From an uncultured virus (IMG/VR IMGVR_UViG_3300047557_000941) (taxonomy: Duplodnaviria > Heunggongvirae > Uroviricota > Caudoviricetes > Crassvirales): a DNA stretch of 64,000 nucleotides. Position 1 is the stretch's first letter; the number at the start of each line of letters is the position of its first letter. The position numbers and the translations under genes are program-made. The stretch is taken from IMG/VR virus record IMGVR_UViG_3300047557_000941, positions 1 to 64,000 of that record, one strand, 5' to 3'. The notes under the pieces were generated by a model, which searched no databases, was not told where the DNA came from, and saw nothing but the letters and a program-made list of their open reading frames with translations. Positions 8,763 through 19,100 of the stretch are shown piece by piece.

Positions 8763-11191
8763 ACAAACCTCTTGGAATATTAATGCCAGATACCCAATTC
8801 CCTTCGCAGTTAGCGACTGATCAGGAAAAGGCATCATGGGAATATGGCTTAAGAATTGGGCAAAGCATTTCATATGAATGGTTTGCAAAGACAGGCAACA
8901 GTTGCCGATACTATTCACAATGGATTGATTTCCATAGAGTTAGACTTTATGCTCGTGGTGAACAACCAGTAGCTAAATATAAAAGCCAATTAGAAGTTGA
9001 TGGCGACATGTCGCACATTAACCTAGACTGGACTCCTGTACCAATCATCCCTAAGTTTGTTGACATCGTTGTTAACGGTATGCATGACCGATTATTTGAG
9101 GTTAAAGCATATGCACAAGATGCTATGTCATCAAACAAACGCTCTAAGTTTCAAGAGATGGTTGAGGCAGATATGATTGCTAAAGACCTATTAGTTCAAA
9201 CTAAGCAAGAGTTTGGTATTGATGCATTTAATGTTCCTGAGGAAGATTTACCAGAGAACGACCAAGAGTTATCGTTATATATGCAGCTTAATTATAAGCC
9301 TGCAATTGAGATTGCTGAAGAGGAGGCAATCAATACTATCTTAGATTTAAATCATTATCAAGACGTTCGTAAAAGGGTCGACTACGACATCACAACAATC
9401 GGTATCGGAGTAGTAAAGCACTCATTTGTACCAGGAACAGGAGTTCGTGTTGAGTATGTTGACCCCGCTAACATTGTTTATAGTTACACTGAATCTCCAA
9501 CATTTGACGATTGTTTCTATTGGGGAGAAGTAAAGCAAGTACCAATCACTGAACTAATTAAGATTAAGCCAGACATTACAAAAGAGGAGTTGGCAGAGAT
9601 TCAACAATTAGGAACAGCGTGGTACAATTATTATGGAATTATGCGTCCTTATCGTAGCGACATCTTTAACAGAGATGTAGTTACGTTATTATATTTTAAT
9701 TATAAAACTGACAAGACGTTTGTTTACAAGAAGAAATACCTTGAGAACAATGGCGTTCGTGTAATCCAAAAAGATGAAAATTTCAACCCTCCTGAAGGAA
9801 CTGAAGAAAGATTCGAGAGAATTGAAAAGAGAATTGATGTATGGTACGAAGGTATTATGGTACCTGGATCTCCTTATTTACTTAAGTGGGAGCTTGCTCG
9901 CAATATGGTTCGCCCTAAGTCTGCTTCTCAGTATGCGTTACCAAACTACATCGCTGTAGCACCAAGAATGTACAAAGGTATCATCGAGTCATTGACTCGT
10001 CGTATGATTCCTTTTGCTGACTTAATTCAAATGACCCACCTTAAATTACAACAAGTTCTACAACGTGTTGTGCCGGATGGTGTGTTCATCGATGCTGATG
10101 GTATCAATGAGGTTGACTTAGGAACTGGTGGTGCTTACAATCCTGAAGATGCTCTTCGTTTGTATTTCCAAACTGGTAGTGTTATTGGACGTAGTATGAC
10201 TACCGATGGTGATTTAAACCATGGTCGTATTCCTATTCAAGAACTTAATACTAATAGTGGTCAAGGTAAGATTACTGCATTGATTAATGCATACAATCAG
10301 TACATGAGCATGATACGTGATGTAACAGGATTGAATGAAGCTCGTGATGCTTCTACTCCTAATCCTGATGCATTAGTTGGCGTACAGAAACTTGCTGCAT
10401 TAAATTCAAACACAGCAACTCGCCACATCTTAGAAGGAAGTTTATTTATTACTCGTAGATTATCTGAAGCGTTATCGCTTCGTGTTGCCGATATCTTAGA
10501 ATACTCTGATTTCAAAGAAGAGTTTACGATGCAAATCGGTAAGTATGCTGTTGGTCTTCTAGAGGAGATTAAAGACTTGTACTTACACGACTTTGGTATT
10601 TTCATTGAGGTTGCTCCTGACGAAGAAGAGAAGGCTCAATTAGAGGCTAACATTCAGATGGCATTACAGCGTGATCAAATTACTCTTGAGGATGCTATTG
10701 ATATCCGTCAAATGAAGAATCTTAAGTTAGCTAACGAGTTGCTTAAGATGAAGCGTAAGGATAAGGGTAAGAAAGATATGGAGAATGAGCAAGCTAAGAT
10801 TCAAATGCAGACTCAGGGTAATATCCAATCTTCTCAAGCGGCAGCTCAAGCGTCATTACAAAAAGTACAAGCAGAAGCACAAGCTAAAGCACAAATTGCT
10901 CAAGCACAGATGCAGTTTGATATTCAACGCATGCAAGCAGAAGCTCAGATTAAAGAACAACTTATGGCTGTTGAATTTAACTATAACATGCAATTAAGAG
11001 GCATGGAGGTAGAGAAGGTTAAGCAGTTGGATATGGATAAGGAGAAAGCTAAAGACGATCGCACAAAACTTCAAGCTACTCAACAATCTAAGTTAATTGA
11101 ACAACGTCAAAAAGACCTTCCAGCGATGAACTTCGAATCAGAAGAAGACTCTCTAGATGGCTTTGATTTAGAGCAATTCAACCCAAGATAA
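8759..11191 (+). CDS. Portal protein
   Basis: 810 aa directly after terL; LDWTPVPIIPKFVDIVVNG, IRDVTGLNEARD and Gln-rich coiled-coil C-terminus. Confidence 0.88.
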   Translation: MNKPLGILMPDTQFPSQLATDQEKASWEYGLRIGQSISYEWFAKTGNSCRYYSQWIDFHRVRLYARGEQPVAKYKSQLEVDGDMSHINLDWTPVPIIPKFVDIVVNGMHDRLFEVKAYAQDAMSSNKRSKFQEMVEADMIAKDLLVQTKQEFGIDAFNVPEEDLPENDQELSLYMQLNYKPAIEIAEEEAINTILDLNHYQDVRKRVDYDITTIGIGVVKHSFVPGTGVRVEYVDPANIVYSYTESPTFDDCFYWGEVKQVPITELIKIKPDITKEELAEIQQLGTAWYNYYGIMRPYRSDIFNRDVVTLLYFNYKTDKTFVYKKKYLENNGVRVIQKDENFNPPEGTEERFERIEKRIDVWYEGIMVPGSPYLLKWELARNMVRPKSASQYALPNYIAVAPRMYKGIIESLTRRMIPFADLIQMTHLKLQQVLQRVVPDGVFIDADGINEVDLGTGGAYNPEDALRLYFQTGSVIGRSMTTDGDLNHGRIPIQELNTNSGQGKITALINAYNQYMSMIRDVTGLNEARDASTPNPDALVGVQKLAALNSNTATRHILEGSLFITRRLSEALSLRVADILEYSDFKEEFTMQIGKYAVGLLEEIKDLYLHDFGIFIEVAPDEEEKAQLEANIQMALQRDQITLEDAIDIRQMKNLKLANELLKMKRKDKGKKDMENEQAKIQMQTQGNIQSSQAAAQASLQKVQAEAQAKAQIAQAQMQFDIQRMQAEAQIKEQLMAVEFNYNMQLRGMEVEKVKQLDMDKEKAKDDRTKLQATQQSKLIEQRQKDLPAMNFESEEDSLDGFDLEQFNPR

Positions 11192-11228
11192 TTTTTATTA
11201 TTACTTTTGTGCAACTAAATTTAATTAA

Positions 11229-12317
11229 ATGGATAATATTCAAGTAAAACTTGTAGACTTTGAAGAAAAGTCTGTGCAAGAAATCGAGCAACAGTTGCTT
11301 GATCAGCACGAACAAAAGATGGCTGAAGATGTAGCTCCTGTAGAGGAGACACATGTAGAAGAGCCACCTGTAGTAGAGTCGCCGCAATTTGGTGACAACG
11401 ACGTTCTTTCATATTTAAAAACAAAGTTCAACAAGGAGGTAAACTCTTTGGATGAATTATTTACAGAGAGACCACAACAGGAATTACTTCCTGAAGACGT
11501 AAATGCTTTCTTAAAATTCAAGAAAGACACAGGGCGTGGTTTAGAAGATTTCTATCGTGTTAACCAAGATTTTTCTAAGGTTAACCCAGAAAGACTTCTA
11601 GCTGACTACATGCGTGAGACTAATCCTGATTTTGATGATGAGGATATCGCATTCGAATATGAATCAAAGTTTGGATACGATGAGGAGATGGATGACGAAA
11701 AAGAAATCAAACGCAAGAAGTTAGCACTTAAAAAAGAACTTGGCAAGGCGTCAAAGTACTTTGAAGAACAAAAGGAAAAATACAAAGCTCCCCTTGAGTC
11801 GAGGATGGAAGCTGCTATTCCTGCTGAGGACAAAGAGGCTTTGGAATCTTACAAGCAATATATCAGCCAATCTACTGCTATGCAGCAAGAGCAGGCTAAA
11901 AAGTCGGAGTACTTTATGAATAAGACAAATGAATTATTCTCTGATGAATTCAAAGGTTTTGATTTCAAAGTTGGAGATAAGGAAGTATCTTATAAACCTG
12001 GAACTCCAGAGCAGCTGAAAGCTCAACAAACAGACATTTCCAAATTCTTCACTAATTTCGTTGATGAAAATGGATACATTAAGGATGCTAAACAGTATCA
12101 CAAAACAATTGCTGCGGCAATGAACCCGGATGCGATGGCCAAATTCTTTTATGATATGGGCAAAGCAGATGCAATTGATGACTCAGTTCGTCAAAGCAAG
12201 AACATCGATATGAGCGTTAGAAATGCTCCACAAAATATCGACAAAGGTGGGTTTAAAGTAACAGCATTGGATAGTGACCATGGTAACAGACTTAAGATTA
12301 AATCTTTAAAAAACTAA
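11229..12317 (+). CDS. Capsid scaffolding protein
   Basis: Acidic helical protein between portal and major capsid gene. Confidence 0.7.
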   Translation: MDNIQVKLVDFEEKSVQEIEQQLLDQHEQKMAEDVAPVEETHVEEPPVVESPQFGDNDVLSYLKTKFNKEVNSLDELFTERPQQELLPEDVNAFLKFKKDTGRGLEDFYRVNQDFSKVNPERLLADYMRETNPDFDDEDIAFEYESKFGYDEEMDDEKEIKRKKLALKKELGKASKYFEEQKEKYKAPLESRMEAAIPAEDKEALESYKQYISQSTAMQQEQAKKSEYFMNKTNELFSDEFKGFDFKVGDKEVSYKPGTPEQLKAQQTDISKFFTNFVDENGYIKDAKQYHKTIAAAMNPDAMAKFFYDMGKADAIDDSVRQSKNIDMSVRNAPQNIDKGGFKVTALDSDHGNRLKIKSLKN

Positions 12318-12336
12318 AACCAAAAAAACAAAAACA

Positions 12337-13752
12337 ATGGCTGGATCAGTTCAAGCTACCCCGGGCTTTCAATTAGAGCCCTCAGCGGTAAAGGCAACAT
12401 TGCCTACAAACTACATTACTAACTTCGATTTCTTAAATCAGTATCTTCCTGATACTTACGAGGCTGAATTCGAGCGTTATGGTAATCGTTCTATTGCATC
12501 TTTCTTACGTATGGTAGGTGCAGAATTACCTTCTAACTCTGACTTAATCAAATGGGCAGAGCAAGGTCGTTTACACACTAAGTATGTAAACTGTACTTCA
12601 GCAGCTGCTGCAGGACAAGATACAGCTGTGTGGACTGTTGAAGATGCAGATGTAACTGTTAACTTCCGTGTTAACCAAACTGTATTCTTATCTGCAAACT
12701 CTGGTTCTGCTTCTGATAAAGCGGTTATCACTGCAGTAGATACAACTGCTAACACTTTCACAGTAGCTTACTATGCTGCTTCAGGACAATCAATCGCTGT
12801 AGATACTGCTTCTACTGCATTCGTTTACGGTTCTGAATTCACTAAAGGTTCATTAGGAATGGACGGTTCTTTAGAGTCTCAAGATATCTTCTTCGAAAAC
12901 AAGCCAATTATCATCAAAGATAAGTACGCTGTTTCTGGTTCTGACATGGCTCAAATCGGATGGGTTGAAGTAACTTCTGAGAACGGTGCTACTGGTTACT
13001 TATGGTACATCAAGTCTGAGCACGAGACTCGTTTACGTTTCGAAGATTACTTAGAGATGTCAATGGTTGAAGGTGTTCCTGCAGAAGCTGGTTCAGCTGC
13101 TGCTACTTACTTAACTGTAGCTTCTTCTCAAGTACAACCTGGTGCTGCTGGTACTCAAGGTTTATTCAATGCTGTTGCTGAGCGTGGAAACGTATGGGCA
13201 GGTGGTAACCCAACTACTTTGTCTGACTTCGATTCTATCATCCAACGTCTTGATAAGCAAGGAGCAATCCAAGAGAATGTTATCTTCTTAAACCGTAAGT
13301 TTGGTTTTGATATCGACGATATGTTGGCATCACAAAACTCTTATGGTTCAGGTGGTACTTCTTACGGTTTATTCGACAACAGCGAGACTATGGCGTTAAA
13401 CTTAGGTTTCACAGGCTTTAAGCGTGGATACGATTTCTACAAGACTGACTGGAAATACTTAAACGATGCAACTACTCGTGGTGGAATCGTAGGTGGAGCT
13501 ATCAATGGTATCTTGGTACCTGCAGGTTCTACTAACGTATACGATCAAATCTTAGGAAAGAATGCTAAGCGTCCGTTCTTACACGTACGTTACCGTGCTT
13601 CTGAAACTGAAGATCGTCGTTACAAAACTTGGATCACTGGTTCTGCTGGTGGTGCTCAAACAAGTTCTTTAGATGCAATGGAAGTTAACTTCTTATCTGA
13701 GCGTGCATTATGTACTCTTGGTGCGAACAACTTCTTCTTGTTCGAGAACTAG
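12337..13752 (+). CDS. Major capsid protein
   Basis: 471 aa, strongly biased codon usage, follows scaffold and is followed by a UUCG terminator; YLPDTYEAEFERYGNR and FYKTDWKYLND motifs. Confidence 0.88.
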   Translation: MAGSVQATPGFQLEPSAVKATLPTNYITNFDFLNQYLPDTYEAEFERYGNRSIASFLRMVGAELPSNSDLIKWAEQGRLHTKYVNCTSAAAAGQDTAVWTVEDADVTVNFRVNQTVFLSANSGSASDKAVITAVDTTANTFTVAYYAASGQSIAVDTASTAFVYGSEFTKGSLGMDGSLESQDIFFENKPIIIKDKYAVSGSDMAQIGWVEVTSENGATGYLWYIKSEHETRLRFEDYLEMSMVEGVPAEAGSAAATYLTVASSQVQPGAAGTQGLFNAVAERGNVWAGGNPTTLSDFDSIIQRLDKQGAIQENVIFLNRKFGFDIDDMLASQNSYGSGGTSYGLFDNSETMALNLGFTGFKRGYDFYKTDWKYLNDATTRGGIVGGAINGILVPAGSTNVYDQILGKNAKRPFLHVRYRASETEDRRYKTWITGSAGGAQTSSLDAMEVNFLSERALCTLGANNFFLFEN

Positions 13753-13758
13753 TAAACT

Positions 13759-13792
13759 TAGGGGGAGGCTTCGGTCTCCCCTTATTTAATTT
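13759..13792 (+). terminator. Intrinsic terminator after the capsid gene
   Basis: TAGGGGGAGGC-TTCG-GTCTCCCCTTA hairpin with C(UUCG)G loop and T-rich tail. Confidence 0.85.
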
Positions 13793-13816
13793 GTTTAAAT
13801 TTTAAAATCAAATATA

Positions 13817-14563
13817 ATGTCAACTCAGAAAGAATTAAAGGACAAGATCTATGTCCTTAAAAGAAAAACATTCCCTATCAGCTTTATGCTTGCTAGTAGA
13901 AATACTAGAAACAAATCATTACTATACTTTGACGCTTCTAAAGGTCTTAATAGAGCTTTACGTTATGCAGTTAACCAGAAGTCTCCATTTGAAGATGAGC
14001 AAGATGGTAACTTCATTTTAGAGCCAATCATCTTTGAAGATGGTTTGTTAGCTGTTAACAAATACAACCAGGTATTACAACAATTCCTAGAATTACACCC
14101 AGACAATGGTGTGTTGTTCGAAGAGGTTGATACTCAAAGAGATGCAAACAATCAGATTGAGGTTATGTACTCTCAATTGGATGCACAACTTGCTGCACGT
14201 GATTTAGATATCAATACAGCTGATGCATTAGGACGTGTACTATTAGGTGCTCGTGTTGATCGTTTAACTACAGAGGAATTGAGACGTGACTTAATTTTAT
14301 ATGCACGTAACCATCCTTACGAATTCATGAACATGTTAAATGATCCTGAGCTTAAGTTGAATGATATCGCAGCTAAGGCATTGCAAGATGGTACGTTTGT
14401 ATTGAAGAATAAAAAACGTGACATCTTCTTTAACCTGCCTGACAATAAGAATAAGTTAATGGGCGTTCCATTTGGAGAAGACCCAACCAAACTACTTGTG
14501 TCATGGCTCCAAAGCAATGATGGTTTAGATGTCTACGAGTTACTATCTAAAAAATATCGCTAA
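13817..14563 (+). CDS. Hypothetical structural or assembly protein
   Basis: 248-aa ORF between the capsid and ring genes. Confidence 0.7.
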   Translation: MSTQKELKDKIYVLKRKTFPISFMLASRNTRNKSLLYFDASKGLNRALRYAVNQKSPFEDEQDGNFILEPIIFEDGLLAVNKYNQVLQQFLELHPDNGVLFEEVDTQRDANNQIEVMYSQLDAQLAARDLDINTADALGRVLLGARVDRLTTEELRRDLILYARNHPYEFMNMLNDPELKLNDIAAKALQDGTFVLKNKKRDIFFNLPDNKNKLMGVPFGEDPTKLLVSWLQSNDGLDVYELLSKKYR

Positions 14564-14566
14564 ATT

Positions 14567-14594
14567 AAGAGGGCACACTGAGTGCCCTTTTTTT
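14567..14594 (+). terminator. Intrinsic terminator
   Basis: AGGGCAC-ACTGA-GTGCCCT stem-loop followed by a T run. Confidence 0.85.
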
Positions 14595-14596
14595 AT

Positions 14597-14604
14597 TATC
14601 TTTG
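14597..14604 (+). promoter_or_regulatory. Bacteroidota -7 promoter box TAnnTTTG (representative copy)
   Basis: TATCTTTG. Other + copies at 11202, 20330, 21083, 52398, 52893, 53263, 54860, 58206, 60256, 62210; - copies at 30659-30666, 45764-45771, 51944-51951, 58196-58203; all just upstream of starts. Confidence 0.8.
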
Positions 14605-14609
14605 TCATT

Positions 14610-15302
14610 ATGATAAATTCCGTACGAAATACTGTCCTAAATATTATCAATAAGGATAATAATGGGTTTATTACACCAGAAGAATTCAACAGCTTTGCAA
14701 AGCAAGCTCAGTTAGAATTGTTCCAACAATACTTCTTTGACTTTCAGCAGGCTAAGATAAAAGATATGAAGGGTATGGAGACCAGTGGGTACTCCGATAT
14801 CACTAAGCAAATAGACCAAACTATTGACTATTTCTCTAAGAACGAAGACTTGGTATACAATTCAGGAGATAGTAGATTCGACTTACCTGCAAACTTTTTC
14901 TTATTAAATGTATTATACTATAATGGTAAAGAGGTTACTCATGTGGACCAAGGTAAATTATATTATTTGCTTAATTCCAATTTAACAGCACCTACAGAAA
15001 CATACCCTACGTATGTTATGCAAGGTAATCAAGTTACTGTGTACCCGAATACCATTACGGATAACATTAATATCTATTACGTTAGATACCCGTTAGATCC
15101 TAAATGGACTTATACAGTAGTTAACGGTAGCCCTTTGTTTAATCAATCGGCTAATGACTACCAAGATTTCGAGTTGGCTATATCTGACTTCCCTAAGTTA
15201 GTCGTTAAGATTTGTGAATATGCAGGTGTTAACATTAGAGAAATGGATGTGGTTCAAGCGGCAAGAGCAGAAGAAGCATACACTGATCAAAAACAACAAT
15301 AA
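14610..15302 (+). CDS. Head-tail adaptor / tail ring protein
   Basis: True start ATG 14610 after promoter box; NKDNNGFITPEEFNSFAKQAQ and YVRYPLDPKW. Confidence 0.65.
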   Translation: MINSVRNTVLNIINKDNNGFITPEEFNSFAKQAQLELFQQYFFDFQQAKIKDMKGMETSGYSDITKQIDQTIDYFSKNEDLVYNSGDSRFDLPANFFLLNVLYYNGKEVTHVDQGKLYYLLNSNLTAPTETYPTYVMQGNQVTVYPNTITDNINIYYVRYPLDPKWTYTVVNGSPLFNQSANDYQDFELAISDFPKLVVKICEYAGVNIREMDVVQAARAEEAYTDQKQQ

Positions 15303-16198
15303 TGAATCAGGAGAAATATTATACCAATGATGGGGTCACCCCTACCGATGCCAATTGGGGCACGTATCAGAATGTAACATTAGGCGATGTTGTAAATAAC
15401 TTCATCTTAATGTATACAGATGATGGCGATTTGTTGAATAACATCAACAGATACAAGGTATTATTCCACGCCAAAAGAGCTGTACAGGAATTAAACTACG
15501 ATGGTAATCGTCAGATTAATGCTTTGCAGTTAGAAGTTGGACATGACCTTAAGTTTATATTGCCTCCTGATTACGTGAACTATGTTCGTGTATCTTTATT
15601 TTGGGGTGGAAACTTATACCCAATGACTGAGAATCCTCAGGCTAATTCATCTATTGAATTTTTGCAGGATGATGAGTATCAGATTTTATTTGATGACCAA
15701 GGCAATGCCCTACAAGGAACATCTAAACTAGACTTGTCTCGTATTGATGGAGAGAACTATATGCTATGCCCATTCAATAATCAGTGGGGTTGGTATGTAG
15801 ATGGTCTTTGGTATTTCACTTGGGGATTCGGTGCTGCTTATGGATTGAATACTGAAGTAGCAAACGTAAACCCTACATTTAGAGTAGACAAAGCAGCTGG
15901 AGTTATTAACTTTAGCTCAGGTATGTTTAATCGCTCTGTTGTATTAGAATATATTTCAGACGGATTGTATCCAGGTGACGACGCTCAGATTACTATTCCT
16001 AAGTTAGCAGAAGAGTATATTTACTCATACATTAAATGGGCTATCTTAAACACAAAGGCAAACCAGCCTGAGTATGTTATTTCACGAGCTCGCAAAGAAA
16101 AAGTTTCTAATTGGAGAAACGCAAAGATTAGATTAAGTAATTTACACCCAGGTCGCTTGTTAATGAGCATGAGAGGCCAATCTAAGTGGATTAAGTAA
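15302..16198 (+). CDS. Second tail ring / connector protein
   Basis: LFHAKRAVQELNYD, LPPDYVNYVRVS, VLEYISDG, RNAKIRLSN; coupled to flanking tail genes. Confidence 0.65.
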   Translation: MNQEKYYTNDGVTPTDANWGTYQNVTLGDVVNNFILMYTDDGDLLNNINRYKVLFHAKRAVQELNYDGNRQINALQLEVGHDLKFILPPDYVNYVRVSLFWGGNLYPMTENPQANSSIEFLQDDEYQILFDDQGNALQGTSKLDLSRIDGENYMLCPFNNQWGWYVDGLWYFTWGFGAAYGLNTEVANVNPTFRVDKAAGVINFSSGMFNRSVVLEYISDGLYPGDDAQITIPKLAEEYIYSYIKWAILNTKANQPEYVISRARKEKVSNWRNAKIRLSNLHPGRLLMSMRGQSKWIK

Positions 16199-19100
16199 AT
16201 GATAGAACTTCAAAGAAATTTCCTTTCGGGGGTCATGAATAAAGATCTTGACCCTCACTTTTTACCTGATGGTGCATATAGAGATGCACTCAATATTATT
16301 GTGGGCGATTCTGATGGAACATTTGTTTCTGAAGAAGGCTCACATAATGGGGTAGCACAAAATTATTTAGGTAACGTATTAAAGGGAACGGACTACGAGT
16401 TAACCAATGCAATGTGTATTGGTTCACTTGCTTATGAGGCTAACAATTGTATCTATTGGTTAGTAGCATCTGATTACTTGGATGCTATTTATGAATACAA
16501 TGAAACATTAGATTTAACAACACCTGTTATTCAGGCAACTAAAACGCCTACTACAACCTCAAAACTTGGCTTTAATAAAGAGTTTTTTGTTACAGGTATC
16601 AACTATATTAACGGGTTGCTTTTTTGGACTGACAATCTAAATCCTCCACGCAGGATTAATATTGATCGTGCGAAGAATTATGCTGTAAATGGATTTACTG
16701 AGGCTGACATCAATGTTATCTTAGCTCCTCCTTTATCGGCACCAACAATTAATTTATATTCACAGGGTGAAGCTAACAACTTAGAGAATAAATTTTTATA
16801 CTTTTCTTACAGATATAAATATTTAGACAACGAGTATAGTGCTCTATCTCCATTCTCACCTGTAGCATTCTTTCCAAAAGAATATGCATACGATTATGGT
16901 GTATCAGAGAACGTATCTATGGTTAACAACTTTAACACAGCAGATATAACTTTCAACTCTGGGCCTAAAACTGTAAAAGAGATTCAGTTGGTTTTTAGAG
17001 ATACATTAAGTACTAATACTTATGTGATTGATAATTTAGTTAAATCTCTAAATAATTACGACGACGATTCGGAATATCAATATAAGTTTAAAAACAATAA
17101 AGTATTTACATTATTGCCAATTGAGCAAGTAAATAGATTGTTTGATAACGTGCCTATTAAGGCGAAGTCTCAAGAGTTAATTGGAAGTAGATTGGTATAT
17201 GGTAATTATACTCAATTCTTTGATTTGTTAAAGGAAAACAAAGAACCCATTAATCCAGCTTTCTCAGTATCACTATTATCTAATTCAGTAGTCAGTGGAA
17301 CACCTACTCCTACGTTTAAAAGCAATAGAGACTATGAGATTGGTATTGTCTACTTGGATGATTACGGGAGAACAACTACTGTGATTACACCAACAGATAA
17401 TACTAATACAATTTACATACCTCCTGTTAATGCTGTTGATGCGAATAATATTCGTATCACAATTGATGGTACTTACCAGCCACCATCTTTTGCTACACAT
17501 TATCGCTTTATGATTAAGCAGGATAAGCAGGACTATTATAATGTATTCCCATTAACTTATTTTAATGATGGTCAGTTTAAATGGTTTTTAATTAACCAAG
17601 CTGACCAAGATAAAATATCGGTTGGTTCTTATTTGTATTTAAAAAGTGCTGCAACTAATACTAATGTTCAATATAAAGTATTAGATATTGAATCTAAAAA
17701 TGCCAACTTCTTAAACAGTGCTGATTCAGTTCAGCCTGCAGGTGTATATTTTAAATTAAAAATTGAAGCGTCAGAGTTACCTCCTGTAACATATTATAAA
17801 GATTATAATGTTGGAGGATACCCTAGTTCAGCTACAACTTTAGTTTTTGATAGATTTAATGTTGCTGAGAATGCTATATTCTACGGTTCAGGTTTAGATA
17901 CAATGACTACAGGTGCATCTAATGTATACACTGGAGACAATGATACTAGATTTTATGTAGAAATTGATAATGTTGCAGGAACTACTTTTAAATATTACGC
18001 ATCTCAAAATGGTAATTATAAAGTTTTAGTTGCTAGTGGAATTACTATTAACTCTGCTGCAGACCAAGTATTAACCTATTCGGGTGGAACTTGTTCTATT
18101 AGATTTGCGGCTAATAGTGGATATACATTTAAAGATTATTGGGTTGTTAATTGCAGAGGGAATGTAGCAGAAGTATGTTTAAATATATTCGGAGGTTACA
18201 TAGATTATAATACTCCTGTACCAGGAGTATTCTTTACATTAAATAATTGGGACCCTACTGCTGCTCACGATGAAGATAGACCTGTTAAAGCGGGAGCTAT
18301 ATTAACATTTAAGTATAAAGAAACAAACGGGACAGACCAATGGATTACCCAGACATTTATCTCTACAAGAGATTATGTTAATATTGAAGAATGGTTTGTT
18401 GAGGATGGGGCATACCAAAAATGGGTTGCATTAGGAACTAGTGATGAAAATGTTGGTCCTAAAAATGTTTGTTTTAGAAGAGGTTTACAGTTATCTTCGG
18501 GAAGACCAGGAAGTATATCGCAAGGATCAACTATAAGTTCGACATCTTTAGCTTACCCTGTGTATATGTATTTCTACTCTTATCAAGGAGGAGCAGAACC
18601 AGCTATTGATACGGAATTTTCGTTACAACAATCTGAGTTCCCTTCTTTATTTGAGACTGTTCCAACTGACACTAACCAAGATATATACTATGAGCTTTCA
18701 CAAACGTATCCTATTATCGATGGCAATCACTATGGAAATGTTGACAATCAGAATATTGCATTGGGGGCTCCGGCGATAATAGATTTAAATACACTTGACT
18801 TTAATTCTGATTTTAATGCATTTACTTTTGGTAATGGTGTTGAAAGTTTTAGAATTAGGGATGCGTGGAATTCTGCAACAATGCAGTTTAGCCCACGTGT
18901 AAACTCTACCATTGAGGGATATGAGCAGCAAACTTTAGTTCAAGCTCTTACATACAGCGGTATTTATACTCAGACATCTGCAATTAATAGATTAAATGAG
19001 TTTAACTTATCACTTGGAAACTTTAAATACTTAGATAGATTCTTTGGTTCTATCCAAAAACTATTCTCTCGTGATACAGATTTAGTTGTATTGCAAGAGA

